A stretch of DNA of 64,000 bases from an uncultured bacterium (GCA_964529325.1 CAZGWH010000001.1:2872-66871), one strand, 5' to 3'; positions 1 through 9,525 are shown, counted from the first letter of the stretch. A program made the numbers and translations. Notes: generated from the letters alone by a model not told the origin.

Positions 1-950
1 TTAGTATCACGACCATCCGCTCTAACACCTTTCAGTGTTCGCTCTCTTAAATCAGCTGTGATTGCGTCATCAATAACAGATTTAATGGTCCGTGAATCAT
101 CTGGATATTCTTCAGATAATTGTTCTACAATATTATCTTTGAAAGTGCTAATATCACCATATCTCTCAAATTTAACTTTTGGATCATTTAAAGGACTAAT
201 TTTCCCCTCTATAACTGAATTTACTTTTGAAATTAATTCTTCATTTAACTTAACTTCAGCAACAATTCGTTTTTCAATACCAACTTCAGCCACTAATTCT
301 AACTGTAATGCAATAACTTTTTTAATTGCATCATGGCCTTTTTTAATTGCATCAATCAAATCATTTTCTGAAATAAAATCAGCTTCACCTTCAACCATTA
401 CAATCGATTCATCAGTTCCAGAAACGATTATATCCATATCGCTTTCTTCCATTACCGTTTTTGTTGGGCTGACAATATATTCACCATCGATTCGACCAAC
501 ATGCACTGATGCAACAGGTCCATTCCATGGAATATCAGATATTGCTAAAGCTGCGGAAGCCCCGATTGTACCTAATACATCAGGATTATTTTCACCATCA
601 TAAGACAATACATTAATAATCACTTGAGTTTCATTATGAAATCCCTTTGGAAATAATGGTCTTAATGGTCTATCTGTAATTCGACATGCTAAAATTTCCA
701 TTTCAGACGGTCTTGCTTCTCGTTTAAAAAACCCACCCGGGATTTTACCAGCAGCATACATTTTTTCACGATACTCTACCGATAATGGGAAAAACCCTTT
801 ATCTTCTGCATCTCCTTTTGAAGCAGTAACAGTTACTAATACTACCGTTTCACCCTGTGTAACTAATACTGAACCACTTGCTTGTTTTGCTATTCGACCA
901 ACTTCTAAAGTTAATTTTTGGTCGGCAAGCTCTATTGATTTTCTTATCAT
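1..950 (-). CDS. pnp: Polyribonucleotide nucleotidyltransferase (PNPase), 5' part; runs off the left edge
   Basis: Not in the ORF track; my translation from ATG at 950 gives MIRKSIELADQKLTLEVGRIAKQASGSV...FFPLSVEYREKMYAAGKIPGGFFKREARPSE, the PNPase N-terminus; follows rpsO as usual. Confidence 0.97.
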   Translation of the reverse strand, partial: MIRKSIELADQKLTLEVGRIAKQASGSVLVTQGETVVLVTVTASKGDAEDKGFFPLSVEYREKMYAAGKIPGGFFKREARPSEMEILACRITDRPLRPLFPKGFHNETQVIINVLSYDGENNPDVLGTIGASAALAISDIPWNGPVASVHVGRIDGEYIVSPTKTVMEESDMDIIVSGTDESIVMVEGEADFISENDLIDAIKKGHDAIKKVIALQLELVAEVGIEKRIVAEVKLNEELISKVNSVIEGKISPLNDPKVKFERYGDISTFKDNIVEQLSEEYPDDSRTIKSVIDDAITADLRERTLKGVRADGRDT

Positions 951-974
951 TTTTTTCTCTTTTCTTCTATAGAA

Positions 975-1244
975 CTATTTTCGGATTCCTAATTTACCAA
1001 TTAAATCTAAATATTGTTTTGAATCCCGTTTTTTAATATAGCTCAATAATTTTCTTCGTTTTGAAACAAGTCCTAAAAGACCTCTTCGTCCTGCATGATC
1101 TTTTTTATTATCTTTAAGATGTGCAGTGATATTATTGATTCTATCTGTTAATATGGCAACTTGTACATCAGAAGCACCTGTATTTTCTGATTTACTACCA
1201 TATTCTTTAATGAGTTCCTGTGTTCTTTCACTCGTAATTGACAT
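975..1244 (-). CDS. rpsO: 30S ribosomal protein S15
   Basis: [28 protein letters not shown] motifs; AGGAG SD upstream; operon position. Confidence 0.98.
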   Translation of the reverse strand: MSITSERTQELIKEYGSKSENTGASDVQVAILTDRINNITAHLKDNKKDHAGRRGLLGLVSKRRKLLSYIKKRDSKQYLDLIGKLGIRK

Positions 1245-1252
1245 ATAAAAAA

Positions 1253-2209
1253 TTATCTCCTATTTTTCATGTCTTGATCTTCCATTATTTTTTGGCAGAT
1301 CATTTTATCTTTCCTAATTTGGTCAATTAATTTTTCTTTTGACTCAAATTTCTTTTCATCTCTGACAAATTGAATAAATTCAACTTTCAGCTCTTTACCA
1401 TAAAAGTTTTGTGGTTTAATTAAAAACAAATAAACCTCTATAATCTTTGTTTTTTGTGTATCAAATGTTGGTCTTGAACCAACATTACACATTCCATAAT
1501 AATGATTATTTTTACAATTTACTTTAACAAAGTAAACACCATCTTGTGGAATATGTAATAATGGGTTTTGTATATCTATGTTTGCAGTTGGAAATCCTAA
1601 TGAGTTACCTCTTCCTGCACCTTTAATTACAATCCCAGTTAAAGAGTAATTTCGACCCAATAATAAATTAACTTTTTCAATTTTCTTTAATTCAATTAAT
1701 CTTCGTATCCAGCTACTGCTAATTATTTTATCACCTTGATAATTAGGATCAATTTTAATAACATCAAAATTATATTTTATTTTTTGTAACATTAAAAATT
1801 CAATATTACCTTTTTTTCTAAAACCAAAGTGATGATCATGCCCAACAATAATTTCTAATGGTTTAAAATGTTGGATAATAATTTCATTTAAAAATTGACT
1901 AGCCGAAATTCTAGAAAAATCCTTATCAAATGGAATTACTAAAATATGGTCAATCCCTAATTTAGTTAAGTAATTTACTTTATCCTTAATTGTCGTAAGT
2001 ATTTTCTTTGGATTTATTCCATTATAAATAACATGTTGTGGATGTGGGTCGAAAGTGATAACTACAGATTCACTATGAGTAGTTTTTCCTCTTTCAATCA
2101 TTATTTCAAAAAGCGATTGATGTCCTCTATGGACACCATCAAATGTTCCTATTGTCAAAACTGTATTTTTCAGTTCTGGTAAATTGTTTAAGCTATTGTA
2201 GAAAGCCAT
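1253..2209 (-). CDS. ribF: Bifunctional riboflavin kinase/FAD synthetase
   Basis: [19 protein letters not shown] and [13 protein letters not shown] motifs; between truB and rpsO. Confidence 0.96.
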   Translation of the reverse strand: MAFYNSLNNLPELKNTVLTIGTFDGVHRGHQSLFEIMIERGKTTHSESVVITFDPHPQHVIYNGINPKKILTTIKDKVNYLTKLGIDHILVIPFDKDFSRISASQFLNEIIIQHFKPLEIIVGHDHHFGFRKKGNIEFLMLQKIKYNFDVIKIDPNYQGDKIISSSWIRRLIELKKIEKVNLLLGRNYSLTGIVIKGAGRGNSLGFPTANIDIQNPLLHIPQDGVYFVKVNCKNNHYYGMCNVGSRPTFDTQKTKIIEVYLFLIKPQNFYGKELKVEFIQFVRDEKKFESKEKLIDQIRKDKMICQKIMEDQDMKNRR

Positions 2210-2868
2210 TCATTTAAGTTCTCAATTTGTATTGAATCAGATTCAGTATAATCTCCTACTTTAGTACGAGATAATTGAGATAAATACCCACATGTATCTA
2301 ATTTTTCAGCAATATCTTTTGCTAATGTACGAATATATGTCCCCTTACCGCACTCAACTTTAATTGTAATTTGATTTTTATTAAAATTAATTAATTCAAT
2401 ATTATAAATAAATATTTTCCGAGGCTCTCTCTCTACTTCAATTCCTTTTCGAGCCAATTTATATAATCGTATTCCATTTTTTTTTAATGCTGAAAACATA
2501 GGTGGTATTTGATAGCTTTCACCAATAAATCCATTTAAAATTGATTTTATTTTTTCTCTTGAAAATTCAGGTACAGGCAATTCATTTATCACTTTTCCTG
2601 TTATATCTAGTGAATCTGTTTCTGTTCCTAATTGAATGGTAGCAATATATTCTTTATTTAATGCCATTAACTTTTCAGATTCTTTAGTTTTTTTACCAAT
2701 ACATAAAACGAGCACTCCTTCAGCAAATGGATCTAAAGTTCCTGAATGCCCTACTTTATTAGGTCTAATTTGATTTTTCACTTTTTTAACAACATCAAAA
2801 GATGTCCAATCAGTTGGTTTCCAAAAGGGAACAATTAAATCTATTGGCTGAAAAATATTCTTACTCAC
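2188..2868 (-). CDS. truB: tRNA pseudouridine(55) synthase
   Basis: KVGHSGTLDPFAEGVL catalytic motif, CGKGTYIRTLA. Confidence 0.96.
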   Translation of the reverse strand: MSKNIFQPIDLIVPFWKPTDWTSFDVVKKVKNQIRPNKVGHSGTLDPFAEGVLVLCIGKKTKESEKLMALNKEYIATIQLGTETDSLDITGKVINELPVPEFSREKIKSILNGFIGESYQIPPMFSALKKNGIRLYKLARKGIEVEREPRKIFIYNIELINFNKNQITIKVECGKGTYIRTLAKDIAEKLDTCGYLSQLSRTKVGDYTESDSIQIENLNEWLSTIA

Positions 2869-3226
2869 TAATCTCTTTCATTATTCGATTTAAATTTTCA
2901 GCACTTTTCATCGAATCATCATAATAAAATTCTATATCTGGCATAAATTTAGCATACCATTTTTGAGAAATATGATATTTGAAATATTTAGTCTTTGTTT
3001 TTAATTTCTCCATTAAGGTATCAATAGATTGTGAATTATTAATAAAACTAACATATATCTTAGCAATTCGTAAATCTGATGTCATCGTAACTGAAGTTAC
3101 AGTCATTAAACCAATACCATGTGGATTAAAATTACTTTGTAATAGTGGAGTAAGAATTTTTTTAATATTATCAGCAAGCCTATCTTTGCGATTAAAAGGT
3201 CTATTATTGCTATATTCTAAACTAAT
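2861..3226 (-). CDS. rbfA: Ribosome-binding factor A; 5' end extended to a putative ATT start
   Basis: DLRIAKIYVS and MPDIEFYYDDS motifs; conserved N-terminal RKDRLADNIKKIL lies upstream of the first ATG (3106); frame is open to a TGA at 3241-3239 with no ATG/GTG/TTG in between; start position is inferred. Confidence 0.9.
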   Translation of the reverse strand: MSLEYSNNRPFNRKDRLADNIKKILTPLLQSNFNPHGIGLMTVTSVTMTSDLRIAKIYVSFINNSQSIDTLMEKLKTKTKYFKYHISQKWYAKFMPDIEFYYDDSMKSAENLNRIMKEISE

Positions 3227-5811
3227 ATTCGTTTGACCTCAACAATTTCATAAAAATTAATTAAATCACCTTCAAGGAAATTATTAAATCCATCAACAGC
3301 TATACCACATTCAAAACCTGTTTTAACTTCATTAACATCATCTTTAAATCTTTTCAAGGAAGTTAATTTACCTTCATGAATAATTTCTTTATCTCTTTCA
3401 ATTCTTAATAATGCATTTCGAATAGCTTTACCCGTTTGAACATAAGAACCAGCAATTACATCTCTACGACCAACTTTAAATACATTTCTAACTTCAGCAA
3501 CACCAAGTGCTTCTTCAATTTCTTCAGGTTTCAATAATCCTTCAAGTGCTAACTTAACTTCATTTACAGCATCATAAATCACACTATAATTTCGAATATC
3601 AACACCATTTTCTTTCGCAGTAAATTTAGCTTCATTTGAAACACCAACATTAAATGCAATAATAATAGCACCTGATGCTGTGGATAGTGTTACATCATTT
3701 TCAGTTACCATACCAACAGATCTATGTATAATATTTACAGCAACCTCTTTAGTTGTTAATGCCATTAACGCATCACTTAATGCTTCTATAGAACCATCAA
3801 CGTCACCTTTTACAACAATATCAAGATTTTGAACTTCACCTTCACTGATTTGTTGCCCAATTTGGTCTAATGTTAAATGTTTAAATCGATGGTGTTCAGC
3901 TTCTCTTTTAAGCTGACTTCTTTGTAATGTAATTCGTCGAGCTTCTCTTTCATCTTTAATTATTACAAACCCATCACCTGCATTAGGAACAACATCAAAA
4001 CCTAATATTTGGACTGGATCAGAAGGTCCAGCAGATTCAATTCTTGCACCTCTTTCATTTAATATTGCTCGTATTTTAGAATATTGTGTTCCACAAATGA
4101 AAACATCACCCTTCTTCAAAGTTCCTTTTTCAACCAATACTGTTGCAACCGCACCCAATCCTTTATCTAATCGACCTTCAATTACAGTTCCTTTTGCCGG
4201 AATATCTGCATTCGCTTTTAAATCTAACAATTCTGCTTCTAATAATAACTTATCTAATAATTCAGGAACTCCTAAACCAGTTTTAGCCGAAATCTCACAA
4301 CATTGAACATTTCCACCATAATCCTCCACAACAATTTTTTGTTCTGTTAATTGCTGTTTAATTTTATCAGCATTTGATTCTGGTCTATCTACTTTGTTTA
4401 TAGCAATTAAAATAGGAACTCCAGCTGCTCTTGCATGGTCAATTGCTTCAATAGTTTGTGGCATTACAGCATCATCAGCGGCAACAATTACAATTACAAT
4501 ATCTGTAACCTGAGCTCCTCTTGCACGCATTGCAGTAAATGCAGCATGTCCAGGAGTATCTAAAAATGTGATTTTCTTACCAGATTTTAATGTCACCTCA
4601 TAAGCACCAATATGTTGAGTTATTCCACCTGCTTCCCCAGCAACTACATTTTCATCTCTTACATAATCAAGTAATGAAGTCTTACCATGGTCAACATGCC
4701 CCATTATTGTTACAACAGGTGCACGAGGTGTTGCATTTTCATCATCAATTTCTTCTGGTTCTAATTCATCTATATCTTCTGAAACATCTTCAATTGTTTC
4801 AATTTCAAAACCAAATTCATCAGCAATAAGCATCATGGGTTCCATTTCTAGGCGTTGATTAATTGTTACCATTAATCCCATGCTCATACATGCCATTATT
4901 ACATCATTTACAGAAACTTCCATTGATTGTGCTAACTCGTCAACGGATGTAAACTCAGGTAAACGAATAATCTTAGAATCACCTAAGGTCTCTAATTCAA
5001 CTAATTCTGTTTTTTTCTGTTTTTTAGATTTTTTCTTTAATTTTCGACCAAAAGTTGGAAGTGCAGGTTTCTTTGTTTTTTTATTCCCTGTACCTTTACC
5101 AAACCGTGTTTGATTAATTTTATCAGCAATAGAAGCAACATTAATCTTTTTAAGTTTTCTCGGTTTTGTTGGTTTCGCATCTGTAGTTTTTTTATCTTCT
5201 GCTTGCTTAGGTTTTTCTTTTTTTTCTTTAGCCTTTTTAGGCTTTCTTGCATCAATTTTTTGCTGTTTTTGCCTCTCTAATTTATCTTTTTCTTCCTTTG
5301 TAGCATATCGAACAATTCTTAGTTTGCTTTTAGGTTTTTCCTCTTCTTTAACTTTTAATTCTTTTTCAACTTTTACCTGTTCTTCAACTATTTTTAATTG
5401 TTCTTTTTCACTCTCTTCCTGTTCTTTTTTAAGAATTTCTTCATCAGCTTTCTTTTTAATATCTGAAATTCTATTTTTTTCTGATTGAATCCTATCTTTT
5501 AACGATAAAGAAATTGAATCTTTTGGTTTAGCTTTTGTTGTAGGTTTAGGAAGTGAATCTTGTTGTTTTTTATCAATACGGCGTGTATCTACAACGACCA
5601 TTCTAGCCTGATCTTTTCGGAAGCGATCTATTTGTTGCCGTTCTCTAGCAAACTCATTCAAAACAAGTTCATAAGTCTCAGGTGTAATTTTCATCATTCG
5701 ACTTGTGACTTTAATATCTTTGCCTTCTAAAAAAGAAATAATATCATCATGTGATATATTTAATTCTTTAGCAATTTGAAATATCTGCTTCTTCTTTACA
5801 ATTTCTGTCAT
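3217..5811 (-). CDS. infB: Translation initiation factor IF-2
   Basis: GHVDHGKTSLLD, GGITQHIGAY, FLDTPGHAAF, NKVD GTPase motifs; C-terminal GFECGI. Confidence 0.98.
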   Translation of the reverse strand: MTEIVKKKQIFQIAKELNISHDDIISFLEGKDIKVTSRMMKITPETYELVLNEFARERQQIDRFRKDQARMVVVDTRRIDKKQQDSLPKPTTKAKPKDSISLSLKDRIQSEKNRISDIKKKADEEILKKEQEESEKEQLKIVEEQVKVEKELKVKEEEKPKSKLRIVRYATKEEKDKLERQKQQKIDARKPKKAKEKKEKPKQAEDKKTTDAKPTKPRKLKKINVASIADKINQTRFGKGTGNKKTKKPALPTFGRKLKKKSKKQKKTELVELETLGDSKIIRLPEFTSVDELAQSMEVSVNDVIMACMSMGLMVTINQRLEMEPMMLIADEFGFEIETIEDVSEDIDELEPEEIDDENATPRAPVVTIMGHVDHGKTSLLDYVRDENVVAGEAGGITQHIGAYEVTLKSGKKITFLDTPGHAAFTAMRARGAQVTDIVIVIVAADDAVMPQTIEAIDHARAAGVPILIAINKVDRPESNADKIKQQLTEQKIVVEDYGGNVQCCEISAKTGLGVPELLDKLLLEAELLDLKANADIPAKGTVIEGRLDKGLGAVATVLVEKGTLKKGDVFICGTQYSKIRAILNERGARIESAGPSDPVQILGFDVVPNAGDGFVIIKDEREARRITLQRSQLKREAEHHRFKHLTLDQIGQQISEGEVQNLDIVVKGDVDGSIEALSDALMALTTKEVAVNIIHRSVGMVTENDVTLSTASGAIIIAFNVGVSNEAKFTAKENGVDIRNYSVIYDAVNEVKLALEGLLKPEEIEEALGVAEVRNVFKVGRRDVIAGSYVQTGKAIRNALLRIERDKEIIHEGKLTSLKRFKDDVNEVKTGFECGIAVDGFNNFLEGDLINFYEIVEVKRILV

Positions 5812-7115
5812 TTAGTTTTTACGGATTCCACTTCTTCAATATTATTTTCGGATTCATCATCTTCATTTGATTCAGGTTTAATTTCATCTAATTTTTCTAA
5901 AATTATTCCAGCAATTTTATCCACAGTTTTATCACCGAAACCATTTACAGTTAATAGTGTTTTTCTATCTGCATCTAAAAAACTATTACCTGTTGTTAGA
6001 TTTAACTTTGTCAATTCTTCCAATTGAGATGGTGTAATCCCATCAATTTCATCTAAATATATTTCTGTTTTTTCACCTTCATAATCAGATTTTTTAACCG
6101 CATCAATTGAATAACCAGTAACTTCTGAAGCTAAACGAATATTTTGACCATTCCGCCCGATTGCAATTGGCAATTCATCATCTTCAAAAACAGCAACAAC
6201 ATAAGGCCTATCTTCATCAATATATAAATCTACTGGATTTGCAGGTGATAATGCTCTTGAAATTAATATTTCAGGTCTTTCACTATAATTTATGATATCA
6301 ATTTTTTCACCATTTAATTCTCGAACAATTGCTTGAATCCTACTACCTCGCATCCCTACGCATGAACCAACCGCATCAATCCGTTTATCTGAAGAAAAAA
6401 CTACAATTTTACTTCTATCACCAGGAGCCCTCGAGACATGTTTGATTTCAATAATTCCATCTTCTACTTCAGGAACTTCCATTTCAAATAATTTTTTTAA
6501 AAACTCGCTATCACTTCTTGAAAGAATAATTTCAGGTCCTTTTGAAGACCATTCAACACTTTTAATTAATGCACGAATATTATCACCTCTTCGATACCGA
6601 TCATTTCCAATTTGTTGGTTACGTGGTAATTTCATTTCAATTTTATCTATATTCACAAAAAGGTTATCTCGTTGTATTTGATGAATTGTACCGAGAATAA
6701 CCTCACCCACTTTTTTGAAATATTCATCATATACAGACATTTTTTCTACTTCGCGAATTTTTTGACTTAAAAATTGTTTTGCAGTATTAATTAATCTCCG
6801 TCCAAATGAGGCTGGATCAATGATATCAATATAAACATCATCAATTTCTAAATCAGGTTCAACAATTAATGCTTCTTCTAAGCTAATCTCATAAACTGGG
6901 TCAATTACTTCCCCAACAACTGTTTTTTCTTGATAAATTTCAATCTCACCTTTATCCATGTTTACAATAACACTGAAATTTTCTCTGTCTTCCCCAAATT
7001 TTTTATGGATTAATGACATGAATAACTCTTCTATAATCGTACCTAAGTTGGTCCGATCAATATTTTTTTCTCTTGCTATCGCAACAAATGCTTCAATAAT
7101 GTCTTTATTGATCAA
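5808..7115 (-). CDS. nusA: Transcription termination/antitermination factor NusA (TTG start)
   Basis: S1 and KH domains, DAVGSCVGMRGSRIQ, AIGRNGQNIRLASEVTG; AGGAAG SD before TTG; ATGA overlap with infB. Confidence 0.97.
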   Translation of the reverse strand: MINKDIIEAFVAIAREKNIDRTNLGTIIEELFMSLIHKKFGEDRENFSVIVNMDKGEIEIYQEKTVVGEVIDPVYEISLEEALIVEPDLEIDDVYIDIIDPASFGRRLINTAKQFLSQKIREVEKMSVYDEYFKKVGEVILGTIHQIQRDNLFVNIDKIEMKLPRNQQIGNDRYRRGDNIRALIKSVEWSSKGPEIILSRSDSEFLKKLFEMEVPEVEDGIIEIKHVSRAPGDRSKIVVFSSDKRIDAVGSCVGMRGSRIQAIVRELNGEKIDIINYSERPEILISRALSPANPVDLYIDEDRPYVVAVFEDDELPIAIGRNGQNIRLASEVTGYSIDAVKKSDYEGEKTEIYLDEIDGITPSQLEELTKLNLTTGNSFLDADRKTLLTVNGFGDKTVDKIAGIILEKLDEIKPESNEDDESENNIEEVESVKTK

Positions 7116-7143
7116 ATTGAACTTCCTGTTTTAAATAGTTCCT

Positions 7144-7177
7144 AAAAATAAAGAAAGTGGGCAAACCACCCACTTCC
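7144..7177 (-). terminator. Intrinsic terminator/attenuator hairpin in the nusA leader
   Basis: Minus strand GGAAGTGGG-TGGTTTG-CCCACTTTC followed by TTTATTTTT, about 30 nt before the nusA start. Confidence 0.75.
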
Positions 7178-7224
7178 TAAGCATATTAATTTAATATAAA
7201 TCTTGATTTTAAATCAAGATAAGT

Positions 7225-7887
7225 TTACAGTGTAAAATGTTGAGAAAATGCCAATAGTTCTTCAATAATATTTTTATTTGAACTACTAATTTTATCATTA
7301 TTTAATAAGCTATTTGCTAGAGATACAACCTTATTATGACTTCCTTTTGTCTGCAACGCAAACATTTCACCAATTTGAAACTTAATTTTATAATTTGTTA
7401 AATCACATGTACTTTTCGCTTTATTATAAAACTTAATGGCATCATCATATTGATTGTTAGAAAGTGCAATATCCCCACGCATCCCTAATATATTAGCGTC
7501 CAAAGCATCTATGTCAAACTTCCCTAAACTACTTAATTTAGTTTCTGCTTCATCTAGTTTTCCATTGTAAAATAGATTTGATGCAATATATAATTCAGCC
7601 ATAATTCCTGCATTAATATTTGAATACTCTTCTGCAATATTTTCAAATTCAATCATTGCAAAATCTTGTAATCCATTAATATAAGAATTCTGTGCAATTC
7701 CAAAATCAGAATTTGCTGATTCATTTTTTACATTAGAAATATTATTATAATAAAAAACAACACCTAAAACAAAGGCAATTGCCAATACTCCATTCAGGAT
7801 ATTACTTTTTTGTTCATATACATTTTCTAAAAAACCGATTAACTTTTCTCGAATCGGATCTTGATATAGTTCTTTATCTTTACTCAT
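7225..7887 (-). CDS. Membrane-anchored TPR protein, YfgM-like
   Basis: Single N-terminal TM (ILNGVLAIAFVLGVVFYY) followed by TPR-like helices (GDIALSNNQYDDAIKFY). Confidence 0.75.
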   Translation of the reverse strand: MSKDKELYQDPIREKLIGFLENVYEQKSNILNGVLAIAFVLGVVFYYNNISNVKNESANSDFGIAQNSYINGLQDFAMIEFENIAEEYSNINAGIMAELYIASNLFYNGKLDEAETKLSSLGKFDIDALDANILGMRGDIALSNNQYDDAIKFYNKAKSTCDLTNYKIKFQIGEMFALQTKGSHNKVVSLANSLLNNDKISSSNKNIIEELLAFSQHFTL

Positions 7888-7911
7888 TCTTGTTCCTTTT
7901 AAAATTTTCTG

Positions 7912-7985
7912 TGCCCTCGCCCCGAATCGAACGGGGAGCCTTTCACTTAGGAGGCGAACGCTCTATCCTATTGAGCTACGAGGGC
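7912..7985 (-). tRNA. tRNA-Arg(CCT)
   Basis: Minus strand GCCCTCG...CGAGGGC-A acceptor stem, D-arm GCTC/GAGC, anticodon stem TTCGC-CTCCTAA-GTGAA, T-loop TTCGATT; 3' CCA not encoded. Confidence 0.95.
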
Positions 7986-8081
7986 TCAATACTTATAAAA
8001 TCGTTTAAAATTTAGCTTAGAAATTTATTCTATTATTCATACTGTAACCAAATTTAATTATTAGAATATTTGATACTTAAA

Positions 8082-8714
8082 TTAATTAAAATTCTTCACT
8101 AAAATCTCATTTCCTTTTTCATCGTATTTAATCCATTTCCCATGTTTATGGTTTGAAATATAAATACCTATTTCTTTCACTTTTTTATTACTCCAATACC
8201 AAACCCATTTTCCATGTTTTTTCCCTGATAAATATCGTTCAGTTCTAATTAAAATATGGTTTTCATTATAATAATTTGCCTTACCATGCTTTAAACCATT
8301 CAAGTATTCAATAACACATTCTAACTCACCATTTTCATAATATTCTATCCAATTTCCAGTATATCCTTTTAATAACGGATTTTGAATTTCATTTTTGAGA
8401 GTATCTTCAATTGAATTTAAAGATGAATTATTAATTTCAGAATTATTTAATATACTCATTGATTTTTCCATTGTGATAATTTCAGAAGATTTTGGTTTAA
8501 ATAATTGCCATTTCATTTCATCAATTTTATTCCCATTTTCAAATAAAATGTATTTCCATACTTTTCCTTGTAAATTATAATACTCCCATTTACCATGTTT
8601 TTTATTAGATAAAAAGGAACCTTTAATTTTTAGCGAATCATTTGCCCAATACTCATAATATGGTTCTAATGTAGAAAATAATAATGAGAATAATAATAAT
8701 AATAATAATTTCAT
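8082..8714 (-). CDS. Secreted MORN-repeat (YwqK-like) protein
   Basis: Signal peptide MKLLLLLLFSLLFS; repeated KHGKW..Y...G units. Confidence 0.75.
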   Translation of the reverse strand: MKLLLLLLFSLLFSTLEPYYEYWANDSLKIKGSFLSNKKHGKWEYYNLQGKVWKYILFENGNKIDEMKWQLFKPKSSEIITMEKSMSILNNSEINNSSLNSIEDTLKNEIQNPLLKGYTGNWIEYYENGELECVIEYLNGLKHGKANYYNENHILIRTERYLSGKKHGKWVWYWSNKKVKEIGIYISNHKHGKWIKYDEKGNEILVKNFN

Positions 8715-8721
8715 TTTTATT

Positions 8722-8952
8722 TTAAAATATGATGTTTTTAATTATTGATTTAATCTTTTGAAATGCACTTTTACCAGACAATAGAATAAATAATCCAAAT
8801 AAAACCCAAGAGAATCCATAAGAAACACCGCTTCTAATTAGCCATGTATTGTCATGCGTTTTAGTATAAATTAAAGTAAAAACTATTGGAATAATATACC
8901 CAATAAAACAACTTAAACCAAAAATTGCATAACCTATTTTTTTCTTTAATAT
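8722..8952 (-). CDS. Small two-TM membrane protein lacking a canonical start (possible frameshifted gene)
   Basis: 77-codon open frame ILKKKIGYAIFGLSCFIGYIIPIVF...SWVLFGLFILLSGKSAFQKIK; a TTG at 8956 is one base out of frame across an A7 run; not in the ORF track. Confidence 0.45.
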   Translation of the reverse strand: MLKKKIGYAIFGLSCFIGYIIPIVFTLIYTKTHDNTWLIRSGVSYGFSWVLFGLFILLSGKSAFQKIKSIIKNIIF

Positions 8953-8956
8953 TCAA

Positions 8957-9166
8957 TTATTTTAGTATAATCACTTTTTGTGATTGGGATGGTTTATTTG
9001 GAATAAATTTTACAAAATAAACTCCGTTTGGCCGACCGTTAGCAGACCATTCAACTACATGTGTTTCTGCGAACTTCAAACCTTGTGCGTCATAAATGAT
9101 ATCTAAAGCATTCAGAGCTACTTTTCTCGTACTCATACGGTTTATAGTCTTCAATTCAATCATCAT
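8957..9166 (-). pseudogene. Orphan fragment resembling a T9SS type-A/FlgD-Ig C-terminal sorting domain
   Basis: IYDAQG...HVVEWSANGRPNGVYFVKF....SQKVIILK matches the tail of FCB-type secretion C-terminal domains; no signal peptide or cargo domain. Confidence 0.55.
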
Positions 9167-9242
9167 TTCATTTCACAATTTCCATGAGACATATTTTAAA
9201 CTATTGCGAACTATACGAACAATACAAAGCTGAGCCTGTATG

Positions 9243-9261
9243 TTGAAATAGACTATTTCAA
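9243..9261. other. Perfect 9-bp inverted repeat (possible operator)
   Basis: TTGAAATAG-A-CTATTTCAA in non-coding DNA. Confidence 0.4.
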
Positions 9262-9470
9262 TGGCATCAAGAAAGCCTTTCAATCTATAGATTAAGTAGT
9301 TCCACAATCACATTATTTACAAGGCAATGCGAGTGTTAATCGAAGGATCATGAATAGTTAAGCGGATTATTTTCAATTAAAATTTAAATTCATCGCATTA
9401 TTAGAATAACCAAGTCAATCCAATTTTTAATTTAAAAAAATATTTCTTTTTTATTAATAATGAATGTCTT

Positions 9471-9488
9471 TATGTTACTAGTAACATA
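9471..9488. promoter_or_regulatory. Candidate LexA operator (SOS box)
   Basis: Perfect 18-bp palindrome TATGTTACTAGTAACATA ending 37 nt before the lexA ATG, just upstream of a TATAAA -10-like hexamer (9493-9498). Confidence 0.7.
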
Positions 9489-9525
9489 CGAGTATAAATT
9501 TTAATTAAATGTAAAAAGGACGAAA

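Noticed and set aside
58-603. 181-aa plus-strand ORF
   Set aside because: Antisense shadow of pnp, which has clear motifs on the minus strand
1245-1275. S15 autoregulatory leader upstream of rpsO
   Set aside because: Only 8 nt of intergenic space; no structure I can support inside the ribF 3' end
2979-6681. Short ORFs within rbfA/infB/nusA (2979, 4097, 4590, 4880, 5037, 5776, 6442)
   Set aside because: Antisense or alternate-frame shadows of conserved genes; no motifs or start signals
7779-8015. 78-aa plus-strand ORF
   Set aside because: Overlaps tRNA-Arg and the TPR gene on the opposite strand
8689-8709. (AAT)7 microsatellite
   Set aside because: Encodes the poly-Leu core of a signal peptide; triplet changes keep frame, so not a phase-variation switch
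9170-9420. Less AT-rich non-coding stretch as a possible ncRNA or CRISPR remnant
   Set aside because: No recognisable tmRNA, RNase P, SRP, 6S or riboswitch motif and no repeat-spacer periodicity; an Rfam/Infernal scan would be needed to exclude an RNA
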